A stretch of 64,000 nt of DNA from assembly GCA_043228905.1 (NCBI GenBank), contig JBHGNT010000001.1, positions 32,116,001-32,180,000 on the forward strand, in the 5' to 3' direction. The DNA comes from Azolla caroliniana. Lineage: Eukaryota > Plantae > Polypodiophyta. A program made the position numbers and the translations under genes. Each line of letters starts with the position of its first letter. The stretch's first letter is position 1. Shown here piece after piece: positions 26,585 through 40,620 of the stretch. The notes below the pieces were generated by a model that saw nothing but the letters and a program-made list of their open reading frames with translations, did not search any database and was not told the origin of the DNA.

Positions 26585-29500
26585 ATGGCGGCTGCTTCTC
26601 CTCTCCATCTCCATCTCCATGCTCCTCTCTCCTCCTCTGCTTCCTCGCCCGGAAGTACCCGCCACATTTACATTTATAAGCAGGCATGGAAATCAGGTGG
26701 CCCTCAGCCCGGCACCGCATTGAAATCCGGTAATTGGTGGCACATCAACAGTTCAGCCCCCAGTAGCAGCATCCTGCGCTGCAACAGCATCCGATCCCCC
26801 GCCCGCATCTCCCTTCCCACTATCCTTGTCTCTGAGAAGCTCGGCGAGGGCGGCCTGGAGCTCCTCCGCGATGTGGCCAATGTGGATTGCTCCTACAATC
26901 TCACCCCCGAAGAGCTCTGCGCCAAGATCTCCCTATGTGATGCCCTCATTGTCCGCAGTGCTACCAAGGTCACAAGAGACGTCTTTGAAGCCTCAAAAGG
27001 CCGGCTTCGTGTTGTAGGGCGTGCAGGTGTGGGCATTGACAATGTGGACCTTCAGGCAGCCACTGAGTTCGGATGCCTTGTTGTAAATGCCCCCACCGCT
27101 AATACAATTGCTGCAGCGGAGCATGGCATTGCCCTCCTAGTCGCCATGGCTCGCAATATCCCTCAAGCCGACGCCTCTCTTAAAGAAGGTATAAACATGC
27201 AAAATAATATTTTCAGATGTTTCCATTTCAAGTACAGCATCTAACTCATGTATATATACCATGATACGTTTGCACTTCTGGTGAAAGACATGCAATAATT
27301 TGTAATGGACACATAAATAAACTACACATTAGGTTTACATCGTTGCATATGTGGGGAAAACTGCCAGATATCAACATTGTAGCGGACCTGCAAAAATTGT
27401 GATGGATATATAAAATTTAGAGTTGCATCCTTGAAGGCGCGTCCATATAGCGTTTCTTCGGTTGGGTCTAGCAATATGTTAGCTAGGAGATGATAATTTT
27501 TTTAATATGCACATATGTGCATGTTTTTCCTTAAACTGAAGGAAAATTGACCTAATGCTTAATTAGAGCGAATCTAAAATCTTCACTTTATTTATTTGCC
27601 AGCTTGACCTATCCATTTTAGGCATGCAACACTTGACACCAAGTTTACCAAGCAACCATAATGTCCTGATCTTGTTTATGTGATCTCTCACTATGTGTGC
27701 ATTGCATTGAAACCATCAGAAAACCTGTGCTTTATATGTCAATTCTGACATCTGTCCATTACTAAGTTTAGTGTAATGCTGGAAGTATTTACAGAAATAG
27801 GAGTTTGATTGTGATGGTGTGGATACACAGGTAAATGGTTACGCAGCAAGTACACTGGTGTATCACTTGGTGGTAAAACATTGGCTGTGATGGGATTTGG
27901 GAAAGTTGGATCTGAAGTGGCCCGCAGAGCCAAAGGGTTGGGCATGCATGTCGTGGCACATGACCCATATGCGCCAGTTGATCGAGCCCATGCAATTGGA
28001 GTTGAATTGGTATCTTTTGATGATGCACTCTCAAAGGCAGATTTCATCTCTTTGCACATGCCGCTGACACCATCTACTTCAAAAGTTTTCAATACAGAGA
28101 CCTTCTCTAAAGTTAAAAAAGGAGTTCGAATTATCAATGTTGCACGAGGTGGTGTCATTGATGAAGACGCTCTATTGCAGGCACTTGACAGTGGGGTTGT
28201 GGCACAGGTAACCTTATTTTTTCTGCCAAGAGTGTTGATAGTTGCATTGTCATCTGCAATATGGGCCTCCAGGCATAGAAATGGCAATGACCCAAAGGGT
28301 ATTTATTTGTGAAAGCCAGGCAGCATTGGATGTCTTCACAGTGGAACCCCCGGAAAAAGATAACAAGCTGGTCCAACATGAAAATGTTATAGTAACTCCA
28401 CATCTAGGAGCAAGTACAGCTGAAGCTCAGGTAATCATTTGCCATCAAGATTTTTTCTTTTGCAAGAAACATCCATAAATAATTCGAGGAGATGGAAAGA
28501 AGAATTTAAACATCATAGTAGAAGAACCCAGAGAGAGAATTCACCAGATTCCTGGTCTTGCTTTGAATGACATAAGTATGCGGTTGGATGCTACCTGTCA
28601 TTTCCTTATGAATGTCCCAATATGTCGGGTTGAAAAATAGTATCGCAATTTGTTGTTCCTTTATCTTTATTTCATTTTTCTGAGTGTATCTATAAGGCGT
28701 GATTCTATGACAGCCATTCTTCAGTGTATTCTTTGGGGTAACTAAAGTAGCTTGTCCATATTCTCTCTCTTAAACCATTTGTATGGCCCTTATGTTCAGT
28801 GTTCCCAACTGAACGAGAGAATTTGCTTCTGTTTGTCTTCTATATCTCACCACTGGAATGGCGGTGGATCTGCATGTCCCTCACTTTGGTTAGGCACTTT
28901 GTGAACTCTTATTGGTGCTGGCAAATCCCTGTTTCCAGGAGCATTATTGAATATGGGGTAGTTGCCTTGATTCAATGATTGCATTGTAGGAACATTTCTT
29001 TGCACCTTGTCAATGACATTCCATCTGAGGGTGTTATATTCCTCCTTAAACTTCTACCCCATATATCAATTCTTGGATTAATAATGCATTGAAGTGTCCA
29101 AATTTTGTTTGCTAGAGGTTACTAATATTTGATGTAGATTTGAAGATATAGTAGCTTGTCCATCTGGATTTGAATTTATGCTCCACGTATTTGCCCATGT
29201 GATTCTTCTGTACATCCAACATTGGTGTCCAAATATTTGAGAGCTCACAATGTTGATTGGTGAAATGTGGATGTACTCTGTTTGCTTGCCCTTCCTATGT
29301 TCACAAAAAAATAGACCAGTCTATACACAAATGTTCGCAGAGAGAAAGCAATAAATACTTCGTCTATTACAAGAGTACACTTGCCTGAAGTACTGCGTGA
29401 TAGTGGCCTTGATTTGGTGATGAAAGTTGTGTTGAGGTCATGATTTATAAACATTAGGTCTTTGTGTGTCACTCAATGCTATTATTTTGGTCACCTTGAG

Positions 29501-31466
29501 ATTTCATCGAGTGTGATTCTGGATGGTATGCCTCAGTCAGGTCCTAGATGATGTTGCCGTTATGTATCACATAGGAGGAGATGTAGAATGAGAGCTGTCC
29601 AGTCAGTATTTCAAGATGTCTTGGAGGGTTCATGGCTGAAATTGGGTTGAAGTTGTTCTCCTGCCCCATATCTAGGTGTCACTTAAGACTACAGATTAGT
29701 CCCAAACTTTTTGACTTTCATGTTTGTCTAGTCTTTGAAGTGTCCCAAATCTACCTTTGAATAGGCAGTGGTATCGTTTTCTTAACTTGCAGTAGACCTT
29801 GCAATGGCAAACATAAAGTTATTTTGCTTAAACCCTGTCACCACATAGTTCACAAACCCAACCCTTCAAAGCAGTGTTGTATCAAGCTATTTCTATCCTT
29901 AAGTGACACATGGCGAGGTCTTTATGCGTCATATTGCACGACGAGCCTTCCCCGCAAAACTCTAAAATAATGCTTTACCATAGCCTTCCCCTCATACCTC
30001 TCATCATAAAGCACTATTCCAATTATGAGTATAGAGAAACTCTCCATGTCGCCCAAGCAAACACAAAAATTTCTACCTTGCATTCATTTATGAAGGTGCT
30101 TGAAGAACTTAGATCATGGAAACCAAAAAACAAAAGCAAAATACTATTGATTTTGCAGAGTACATATGCTATTGATTTTGAACTTCATTGTCATGTGCCT
30201 CTATGGGATGTAATAATATTCTAGAGATACATATACAACATGGTGCATGGTATATGATTGGATACATTAAATGTGATATGTAGTACAGCTGTGTTGAAAT
30301 ATGCATGCATTAGTGCTCATTATGAAGTGTTAGCATGGCAGGAAGGTGTAGCTGTGGAAATTGCAGAGGCTGTGGTTGGTGCATTGCAAGGAGAGCTTGC
30401 CGCTACTGCTGTTAATGCACCCATGGTTCCTCAAGAGGTATAATGTGTACTGACATGTTCTCATATAACTGAATGTTGGCTTTCATATTTTGTCCATAAT
30501 TCTTAGGTCTTTATTAGATATGAAGCTGCATGCAGGTGGGACATATGTAGTATGGCTATTATTTTTACATTCACATATTCTCCATCTCATATTATTATTG
30601 TTATTATTATTCGTGTTTGTTGTGTTGGGAATGACATTTGACGTGCGCATTAATGTGTCCTATTATTTGAATGTTTTAATCCAATATGTAAGTTTTTTCT
30701 ATTAATTTCACCTCAAATTTGAGGTTTTACCCCCAGCAACATCATGCATTGCTAAAAACATAGTACGAAAACTGCTTGCCATTAGGTCCTTGCAGAACTT
30801 GCTCCATATGTCTCTTTAGCAGAGAGGCTAGGACGACTAGCTATTCAACTAGTAGGAGGAAGTACTGGAGTAAAAAATGTGAAGCTTGTGTACTCATCTG
30901 CGCGTGCAAATGATGACTTGGATACACGCTTACTACGAGCGATGGTTATTAAAGGTCTAATTGAGCCGGTCTCAAGTGCTCATATCAACCTGGTTAATGC
31001 AGACTACATTGCCAAGCAGAGGGGTCTGAAGATAATTGAAGAGCGTCAGCTTTCAGAAGGTTCCTTAGAGGTTCCACTCGAGACAATCGAGGTAAGGATT
31101 GCACACGTGGAATCAAAGTTTGCAAGTGCATTATCCGAAGATAATGGAGAGATCACACTGGAAGGCAAAGTGAAGGATAAGACTCCGTATCTTTCTAAAG
31201 TCGGCAATTTTGGTGTGGATATCAGCCTGGAAGGGAGTGTGATCCTGAGCAAGCAGGAAGATCAGCCTGGTATGATTGGCAAAGTTGGGAGCATTCTAGG
31301 GGGAGAGAATGTCAACATTAGTTTCATGACAGTTGGAAGGACGGGACGGAGGAAGAAGGCAGTGGTTGCTATCGGTGTCGATGACGAGCCAAATCAACAA
31401 GTGCTCCACAAAATTCAATCATTACCAGCCGTTGAAGAGCTCGTATATCTCAAATTGTCATACTAA
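26585..31466 (+). CDS. PGDH: Plastid D-3-phosphoglycerate dehydrogenase, 5 exons
   Basis: Exons: 26585-27188, 27831-28207, 28320-28430, 30342-30437, 30786-31466. It has an S/P-rich transit peptide, [11 protein letters not shown], Rossmann [30 protein letters not shown], and a C-terminal ACT domain ([10 protein letters not shown]). Confidence 0.96.
29250..30150 (-). mobile_element. Possible decayed 3' half of a non-LTR retrotransposon in PGDH intron 3
   Basis: Minus-strand fragments [25 protein letters not shown] and [17 protein letters not shown] appear in the order expected for the post-RT region and C-terminal zinc knuckle of LINE ORF2. The match is very degenerate and was made by eye. Confidence 0.35.
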
Positions 31467-32681
31467 CTAACATTGAGATATTTCAATATGTTATTTCATG
31501 GACAAATGCCCTTTTTAGGTCTACAAGTGACAAGAGTTATTAGTTCAGTAAGCTTGTTATTATTGCCTCTGCCTTCTGACTTTTTGTGTTGGATTATCAT
31601 ATTTGGTAAGTTGGTATGCTTTTTTTTCAGAATACCAGTTTTGATGAGCACAATAAAATGTCATTTTGAGTATTATTCCAAAGGAGTTTTGAGGGCTGGT
31701 AAATGCTTCCGTTTGGGAAATGTATTTGGGACATGTTTATTATTATTTTTAGGCTAATATAACATTCTTTTATGGATTATGCTTGCGCTATGTAATATAT
31801 AATCAATAAATATATATCCCATCAATTTGCAGAGCTGAAAGAATTGTCACATGAATTCTCATATTCTCGTTGAAACAATAATCAATACTTTTTCATCCTT
31901 TTGTTTGCAATACCAAGAAATGGTGGTACATGTACATTGAAAGCATACAAATATTGGTTTGCAGCATTATACTCTAGATTTATTCCCTAGAGTGGGTAGT
32001 TCTATGTTTGCAATGCTACCCTCACCAATAACGCCTCAACTAGAGTAGTCTAGGTGGGATCCAAGTTTGTGGTGCATGGTCAAGCTATGTACATTGTTGA
32101 TGCTTTGCAATAGCAACTCTCTACCATGTTGATGCATATGATCTGGTTTTTTTATAATGGTGCCAAGCATACAAACCTAGAGGAGAAGCCATGTGACCAA
32201 ATAACCCTCATGTGATGCTAAGAATAGAATATAATAAGCAAGATAAACTACAATAAATAACATGTCAATTAATAATTGGTCCTTAGAGTGATGGTTTACG
32301 TCAAGCATGTGTGTGACTTGTGAGTATGCGAGAAAGTTATCAATCTAGTCATGAATGGGAGAGTTGAGTGGGATATTTGAGATATTTACTTCATTAATGC
32401 AAAGGCATCTAGATTTTCGTAAGTCAATGGTAGACTTTTCCATACATATGCCCAAAGGAATATGTTTTCACACTCGAGGTATGGTTGAGTTTGCTATCTT
32501 AACAAACTTTGTAAAATAAGTATATAACTCATTTTGAGACTTCTTACTTCTCATGTTCTAAAATAAAGCGTCTTTTTCACACTTGCTCCTTGATTGTTTA
32601 GTGTTAATCACTTAATTGTAAGGTTTGCACCATAATTGTATTAGTGTTAACTTGATTAACTGAAGTGTGTGATCATTCCTT

Positions 32682-35209
32682 TTAAATAAATAAATAAAGA
32701 TTCACCTTGGTATTAATGGAAAGATGCCCAAAGGCTACAATGAATTCATACAGTAGATTATAACCCTCATACCCACATCAACCAATATGTCAAGTATCAA
32801 AAGCCCTCATGTAGGGTCGTTCCAAGACGGAGGGTGGAAAAAGCCATCGTGGTGGAGCATATCTCCACTTTATTCTCTCTCCAAAAGAAGCGAAAACCAT
32901 TTATCCTTTGTCTTTTTCCAAATTTCTCGAAATTGTTGTTTACAGATCACAACATCAGGCTCACCAGTTATTGCTGCATATTGACCAGTTATTCTGTTTG
33001 ACTTTCTGAAATACACATTTACATCTAACCTTCCACAATACCCAAACTACTAAAGAATATATCGTAGACCAGACCTTATCCTCTTCCAAACAATGGATTG
33101 TTGTAGAATAAGAGACCTCCAATACATGTCTTCCATCAGAGAGGAGGAGAAAATCAACATACTCCTTTTCATAGTTCTATATTTCTTTAGCCAATTTTAC
33201 CCATCTCACAAAACCCCATGTGTACACCTTTTTACCATAAATAGGATATAGAATTCTCAACATTCTTTTTCCAAACTGCTCTAGCAATAGGACATGTCCA
33301 TAAAACATAGTGAACCGATTCAATGGGAGAGCCACAACTATCACATTTTAAATCATGGCCATGCCCCCGCATCCATGACTTCACAGGAATGCCATAATGT
33401 ATCAACAACCATCTAAATATTACAACTTTTTTAGGAATTTCCATGGCCCATAGCCATTTCCAATCAACATCCAACCAAGAGTCTGTACATTACCATATCT
33501 CCAAAATTTACAAGTTGTTGGCGTAACAACCACACCCCTCAGCAATTCTCTACCCATTTTTATCGAGTATTGAAAAATGGGATTTGCTTACCTAGCATTC
33601 CTTGCGCTAATATGGTTTGCCATTTCCACTCACGGGGATCCCACAAAAGGCGATCAATGGGCTTACTCTCATAGACCCACAATTCAAAGTTATTTTATAT
33701 CATTTGGACATGGATTCAACATCCATTTTTTATCTTTCTTCCACAATATACGAATAGGCAACATACTCCCTTGAGTTACAATTCCCTCTTCCATAGAGAG
33801 AATGAAGTCGTCCAAAAGGCAAAACATTGAAGCAAAGGCATTCATGAGAGTTTTTATAACCCCTGACCCCCAACAAGACATGTAAGGATGAAAACATACC
33901 ATACCAAAATAGACTAGTTTGAGAAGGTTGAAATTAAGACATTGTAAACACTCTATCCATTTCTGCATACATAATGTTCCCTCCCCAAATTGTTCTACAA
34001 ACATGGGTTTTATTTTTAATCGTTGAAGAAGAAAAAGTCACTCAATTCCCACTGACTCGGTTTCACCTTTATCAAAGTCATATCACTTCAACCTAGTTCT
34101 CTTCCCTAACATTACCCCCCCCCCCCCCCCCCCCCTCTAATGTAAATAGTGGGTTCAATATGAGGGGTTGGCACAACCATTCCTCCATACATGATGGTAG
34201 AGATTGGACCAAGTTATGTTTCAAATCCCACCTTGCCTTCATGATACCCCTAAAAAACTTATTGTGGCGAAAAATATCAATGAAATGATTAAAATATCTT
34301 AAAACCCACCTATCTAATACTATATTTCCAATTGTCACATGTCGAAGGCATAACTTTAACCATTCTCTGCCTTAAGATTTTTTTCCAGGGCTCCCCACCA
34401 AGCAACAAACCTCTTATAATAAAATTTCCCAAAAAAGTCTTACGTTGTAAAAGAGGATCAATCAATCCAATATCACCCTCGTCCTTTGGAGTTGTAATAA
34501 CTTTCCAAGATACATTGGCTCTCACATATGAACAATCTTTAGATCCCCAAAGGAAATTCCTAATAAGGCTTTGTACTTGTGATACAACATAACGTGAGCA
34601 CAACCAAGCCGATAAAATGTACCACATGGAAGCCAACAATACTTGATTGGCAACAACAACCCTACCTGCTAATGCCAATTTAGTAGTATTCCAATATAAC
34701 AATTTCTTCCTTATAGCAAGCAACAAAGGAGCTACATGATCTTCCAGCAAAACATTAATATCTACCTGACATCCCAAGTATCTTATAGGTTTACCATACG
34801 AAATCCATTGAAACCCTTCCCATGGACACCACAAAGGGTTTACAATGGTACCTACCTAGAACCCCACTGACTTATTCCAATTAATAACAGTTCCAGAAGC
34901 ATAGCAAAATGTATCAATAGCCCATTGTACTCTAGAAAGATCATCATGAGAACCTTGCAAATATAGGGTTGTATCATCAACAAATTGACAATCCACAATT
35001 TGTTCCTCTAACCATGGCCATTGCAATCCTTTTATATTCACAACATTACTTGTAAGAAAACTACTAAAAGCTTCTCCAATCATCAAATATAAAAAAGGAG
35101 CCAACGGATATCCTTGTCTCATTGACCTCGAAATTGAAAATGCTTGGCCTAGCTCTCCAGCTACTAATACCCTACTAGTCGATGAGTTGTAAAGAGCCAA
35201 GAAAGTCGT
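32682..35209 (-). mobile_element. 5'-truncated L1-clade LINE (RT C-terminal half + zf-RVT), pseudogenised
   Basis: Fragmented ORFs read RQGYPLAPFLY, CQFVDDTTLYL, INWNKS, PIRYLG, LALAGRVVVANQVL, RNFLW, VSWKVITTPKDEGDIGL, and WLWAMEIPKKVVIFRW..C..C..ESVHYVLWTCPIARAVW. It is bounded by an 18-bp direct repeat AGTGT(G/A)TGATCATTCCTT at 32664-32681 and 35210-35227. Confidence 0.92.
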
Positions 35210-35999
35210 AGTGTATGATCATTCCTTAATTTGATTTCTTTTACTTTAATGAGTTAATAATTGGTGATTAAGTCTTCATATATGACAATTGTTTTTTTCT
35301 TAATTAGGTTAGCATTGGGAGATAGTGAGTGGAGGTTTATGTAGCTAACTTATGAGTGATCAAACCATTCTTGTCTTGTCAACAATAGGACATTTAATCT
35401 CATGTCATGACCTTAGTCTAAGAAGTTAACTTGGTATAATGCGCCACAATTTATACAACAATCTTTATGACAAAGACACTCTGAGCAGTCATTAGAACAA
35501 CAAACTTAACAAAATTACCGTAATAGCCTTCAAAATGACCCACCAAACTTGTGAGCATACACAATCTTGCAATATTGATAGTTTCCAAATTTGGACACTT
35601 TTGCATAGAATGTAGGAGCAAAGCAATAGAAAAGCCATATTTGGAACCCAAATGGAACGTCGCATCAATAGTTATCTTTTTTGTTTCCCCCTTCGTTTTC
35701 GGATTCTTATAAAACGATCAAGGGAATACATAGCTACATAGGACTCGATTGATCCAGCTTTCGCCAAGATGTTTGTACACCTAGACGCTACTACCGTGCC
35801 TTTGAGAGGGATCCAAACCAATATCAACCTTTATCCATGCCACAACTATGGTAGTGCCCTCACCAGGAGAATTCACATACAAAAAAATATCTTTGGCTTC
35901 GTCTTCCCTTTTGTTGATTGTCTAATTGTAGCTTATACAATAGACTAAATAAACAAGAGCATTACCATAGATTTAAAAGATGACGACAAGATTCTCTAA

Positions 36000-37830
36000 G
36001 CATGGGTTAAAGTAGTATGTATATACCTCATATTATCCATGAAGATAACATTGGTTCATTATCCATAAACATACGTGTATTGAAAGGGGGCCCAAGGCAT
36101 TAACCATGCTCCATACACATAATGAAAATGTTGATAAACTTTTCCCTCAAAAAAGTAATGGACATGCTAGACTAATATTCCCTAATGTTGTTGACACCAC
36201 CTTAATAATTGAATCGTTGTTAACTAACTTCCAATTGTCACTTCTTCACCAAGTTATAGTTGAGGAAATTATGTGTCACCAATCTTTGACTAGAATATGC
36301 ATAATACAACCATTAATAATGTTGTACATATGAAACGAGTCATGAGGTCTATGAAAGTTGCCACATCTTGGTGGTTCTTAACAACTATAGATGTCCTTGC
36401 AATTACTACGATTCAACTTCCTATAGTCAACTTTTTGAAAGTCAAACAAGATTGGAATGTACCACCATTTTCAAAGCCTTACCTTTCCAAGACAAACTAG
36501 GTTTCACAACAATAACCACATCAAGTTTGCAAGTTGCACCACATTTGAAGAAATGTGTGCATCATATCCTTGTTACAACTTACAAACTAGTCTTCCCCAT
36601 GAAGCACAAGTGGCTTAATAACTAGCACCTCCAGACCCTCCATAGGTTGCCCGACTTCATGCTCCAACAATATATACAATCGTGGCACTTGAAACTAAAA
36701 GGACATTCATAAAGTCCTTTTTGGCAAGTTCACATGTGAGTTTATCATTTTGATGCCTTGTTGGGTCAATTGAGCATTAGAAAAATTCTCTCATCACTTA
36801 GCTCCAACTTGGTTATGAAAAATACCAATATGTTGCTCATGTAGATAAAGGCACTGAGTGAAATTCCTAGCATTGCCCTTTAATAAAAGGCAATGCAAAC
36901 AAATGTTAATTATTAAGGATATTAGAATTGAATATAAATAATATTATTCACATGTTGTCATCCCCAAAGTTGTTCCAAATCTTGTGGTTGAGATGTCAAA
37001 ATTTTCATGTTACATCGATTGTCAATAGCTTGACATAGAAAAGAGAGCTCAAGAGACTTAACAACCGAAGCAATGGGCAACAATTATTAGGCCTCTAGTA
37101 GCACTATTAGAGTGCCATTTGGCACTCACATGCATGCATTCCAATGGTCCGTTATGCCCTTCACTCCACTTATGGGTGAGATTGGTGTTTATAGAGGCAT
37201 TAAAGGGGTGAAACGACAATTGGGATTAATGCCTATATTGCACATGCTTTCTAATGAACTGGACCCAAATAATTCCTACTTGAATAGTGTGTTTATGTTA
37301 CTAGCAATTTTTTTTGTTGCATGAAGTTAGAACGCTACATTGACCTCTACTTAGCAAAATTCAAGAAATAGGCCCTCATAATTCCTATTCACAATGTTAT
37401 TAGTAAAACATAACTGTGACATGCCTTATAAATGCCATCAATTGTTGCACTTGCTTTCTCGATTCATTTCATCTACCTAGAAATGTACATTTTCCATGAA
37501 CTAATAATTGATTTTAGCTTCATCAAAGTTGCATGTCTTATGAAGGCATTAATTTGAGAACTTCTAGAAAGTTTAAAAAAAAAAGGTGCTTGTGGGCTAA
37601 ATAATGGGTTTGTGTGATCGAACTTCTCTAATAAACTCTATATCTATATAAGTTGTTCATCCAATGTTTGCAAAGTCCTCTTTCTGTCATTAAGTGAAAA
37701 GAAGAAGAATACCCATTCTTTGTCAATAACATGAGCTCGTAAAAGCAAAGGGCAAAACGATTGAACATCAACCTCTTTCTTAAAAGTGCACATGTATTTG
37801 CATTGTAAATATTGGATAGGCCGGCAATTA
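36000..37830 (+). mobile_element. Probable decayed hAT transposase remnant
   Basis: Plus-strand fragments (WATIIRPLVALL, PLMGEI, ILHMLSNELDP, KQRAKRL) resemble in order the hAT motifs EPL..VL, PTMG.IY, LH..AY.LNP and KKRNRL. No TIRs were found and the boundaries are approximate. Confidence 0.35.
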
Positions 37831-39379
37831 CTCGGCTCTTCTTAAAATTTGCATAGTGAAACATGTCGATGTCCCTTCAAAAATTAATCGGCAGAGTCCA
37901 AGAATCTTAGATAGGGAAATCCTTGAGATCCTTTAATTGGACATTTTTGTGATCTAAAGTCAATGTTGAACCATATAAAACTGAACATTTTTCTTGAATA
38001 TATACACTTGTCTGATTTTTTTGTAACAAAGTCAAATTTCATTTCTCATAAAACACTTGTACAATGTCCACTTATTTTCTTCGAACTACACCTATTTTAA
38101 GTTTCTTTTCCTCGTATAAGTATTTCTATCAAATCCAATTCTAATATATTAGTATATGGTACATTGTTTTTACCGAGCATCGACACTTTCTTTTTGCAAG
38201 CTTTTGCAATAGGGGGAAAACAAATCATTAAAGATGCTAAAACATTGAACGACAACGATTATTATTTTTCCATAAAGTGGCTCTCAAAACTACTTTTAAA
38301 ATAAGGAATAATTCTTAGTATTACTGTTTTCTAGGTAGAGAGTTTGAGATATTTAAATTTTAAGAGTTTTAACTCCTTAATTACTCATATATCATTTTAA
38401 TATAAAAGGAGTGTGAGTAATTATTTGTCGGCCCTTTTTTTTATTCACAACTTGTATGAGAAGCTATAAAATGCAACAAGAGTTGCCTTTAATGTTTCTC
38501 ATAGCTGAAACACAAATAGAGACACATATTTTAGTCAAGAAGCAACAAGGGATGATATCTACCTCAAGGATCAAGCTTTGACTTCTGCCTTGAAAACTAC
38601 AAAATACATCGGTACTGATGTAGGTTAGACAAACCAAATATCTCAAAATATTTGGGCATGTGTGAAACCATGATTCGCCGATGGAAAGTGGGTGAATTTT
38701 GTCTTCATTTCCTTAGCGTTTTCTAGGATAAATGACAATGTAGTATAAGAACACATCTTCAATATGACTCTGACCAAGAAAAAGGACTTGAGAGATAAAT
38801 ACAATGGATCTATGTAGATGAGATCATCATAGATGGACTTTTAGAAAAGAGGTGCAAATACGCATTGCTTCTAGTGCAAATAAGATTAAAATAGTTAAAA
38901 CAATGGTTTCCATCTTTAGATTTCAATATAAAGTCGTACCGAAGAAGCAACCACATTCACACAACTAGATATACGGATGAGGAGGAAATATGGAAGATAA
39001 GAAAAGGGTACAAGAATTCATAGCAATAGCAACCATGGGTGAACAATAATGGTGGTGATGAGAGGACAACCCATGAAGGAGGCATGTGAAGAAAAAAGTG
39101 GCAAAAGGAGTGGATGAAAAAATAGTAATAACACTAGATGAAACAAGTGGTTGACAAAATATAATGATTATGAGTGGTAACAATTATACACTAATCTCAT
39201 TAGTCTATGTTTATGAGTGGTTTGAGTATCAACGATATCAGTAAGATGTACTAGTAATAGTAACGAGTAACAACAATACTGGTGACAATGAATGCTACCA
39301 TGGTAGTGCCAACACCAATAGAAACATTAGTAGACACATCATATGCCGCAATTGCATGCATGGTAATCCTAATGAAACA

Positions 39380-40620
39380 ACAATGATGAAATTGGTTGTA
39401 TTAATATCTATGTCAAGTAATACTATGGACATGCTAATGTTGTGGCAATGTGATAGAATGTGCAGCAAAATAATAGAGGCATCTATTCAAGTTGCATGAT
39501 GACACGAGAAATTTTCAAAACGCAGAAAAAGAATTGGAATGATGTGAAATATAACAATGTGGCAGGGATTTTTTATGTGGGAAGTGATTGACAATGGCAT
39601 TGTATAGTAGCGAGAATGCACTTCTCATACATGTGATAAGTTATTGATGTATTGCCATTGAAAAGTTGTTTTTGGCACTAAGGCATCAGTAGAAAATATT
39701 AAGTCAAACTTGGGTTGTAATATTATATTTCTATTGATATTTATAAAGCTATTTTTAATTAATGCATCGCAAAGCAAACCTAGCTTAATTTAAAGCCTTA
39801 CCTTTCCTAGTGCTTGTATCGGTCTCTTTCTTTTTTCTTTTCTTTTCCTTTCCATGAAAGTATCATATGTATAATGATGCAAAAAAACCTTGTTGGTCAT
39901 AATATAATAGTGAGGATCTTTATCACAAGGTTAGATTGAGGATATGAAAAATGGAAATGTAAGCATGCGTCACCCCATAAGATTCACATCCAAAATAGAG
40001 CATAATGGAAAATTGTAAAATATTTTGAGGAGACTCACTCTCGTAAGTGCAGCGTCTCTTAGGACAAGGTTCCTACAAAGCTCAATTACCATAGACCCAA
40101 TACATTGGGTAGACAAAGAACAACTCACATGATGGGAAGGCTAAGCTTTCACTCCCCAAGTGAAAAACAAATTGAAAAGGGTACAAGACTGGGATTTAGG
40201 AATTGTTCCTCAAGCATTGTCCATAGGAGGACATGGCATAGTTAGCTTGCCACTTATTTGATAAAGAAATACATAATGCTTGATATGATAATAATTCCTT
40301 TCAACACTTGATTGCACCATTGTAGACACATCAACCATTTAAGTGATACTAACAATATTCATCTTGTGATATCCAATAGCCAATCTCTTCATGATATTGA
40401 TCTCAATTATTGCATGGGTGAACATAAACAATTGGATAAATAGAAGTGACAAACACATTCAAACCTTAGTGATTTGGAGCTTCGTTTGGAGCATTTGGAT
40501 GACCTACAATTGTAATGCTTTCAATCAAATTTGATTGCAAGAAGTTAGCTTCTTCAAGCAATCCCATGGACATTAGTTGTGTAAGTTACAACCAAAAAGA
40601 AGTGACAAAGGTGGATCAAG
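39380..40620 (+). mobile_element. Second probable decayed hAT transposase remnant
   Basis: Fragments VIDNG, CTSHTCDKLL (CxxH motif), LATYL and SNLSDLELRL (dimerisation-domain-like) occur in the expected order. They are heavily interrupted and the boundaries are approximate. Confidence 0.3.

Noticed and set aside
34115-34135. Poly-C run (potential G-quadruplex on the minus strand)
   Set aside because: It is a homopolymer expansion inside a dead LINE, and its length may be a sequencing artefact.
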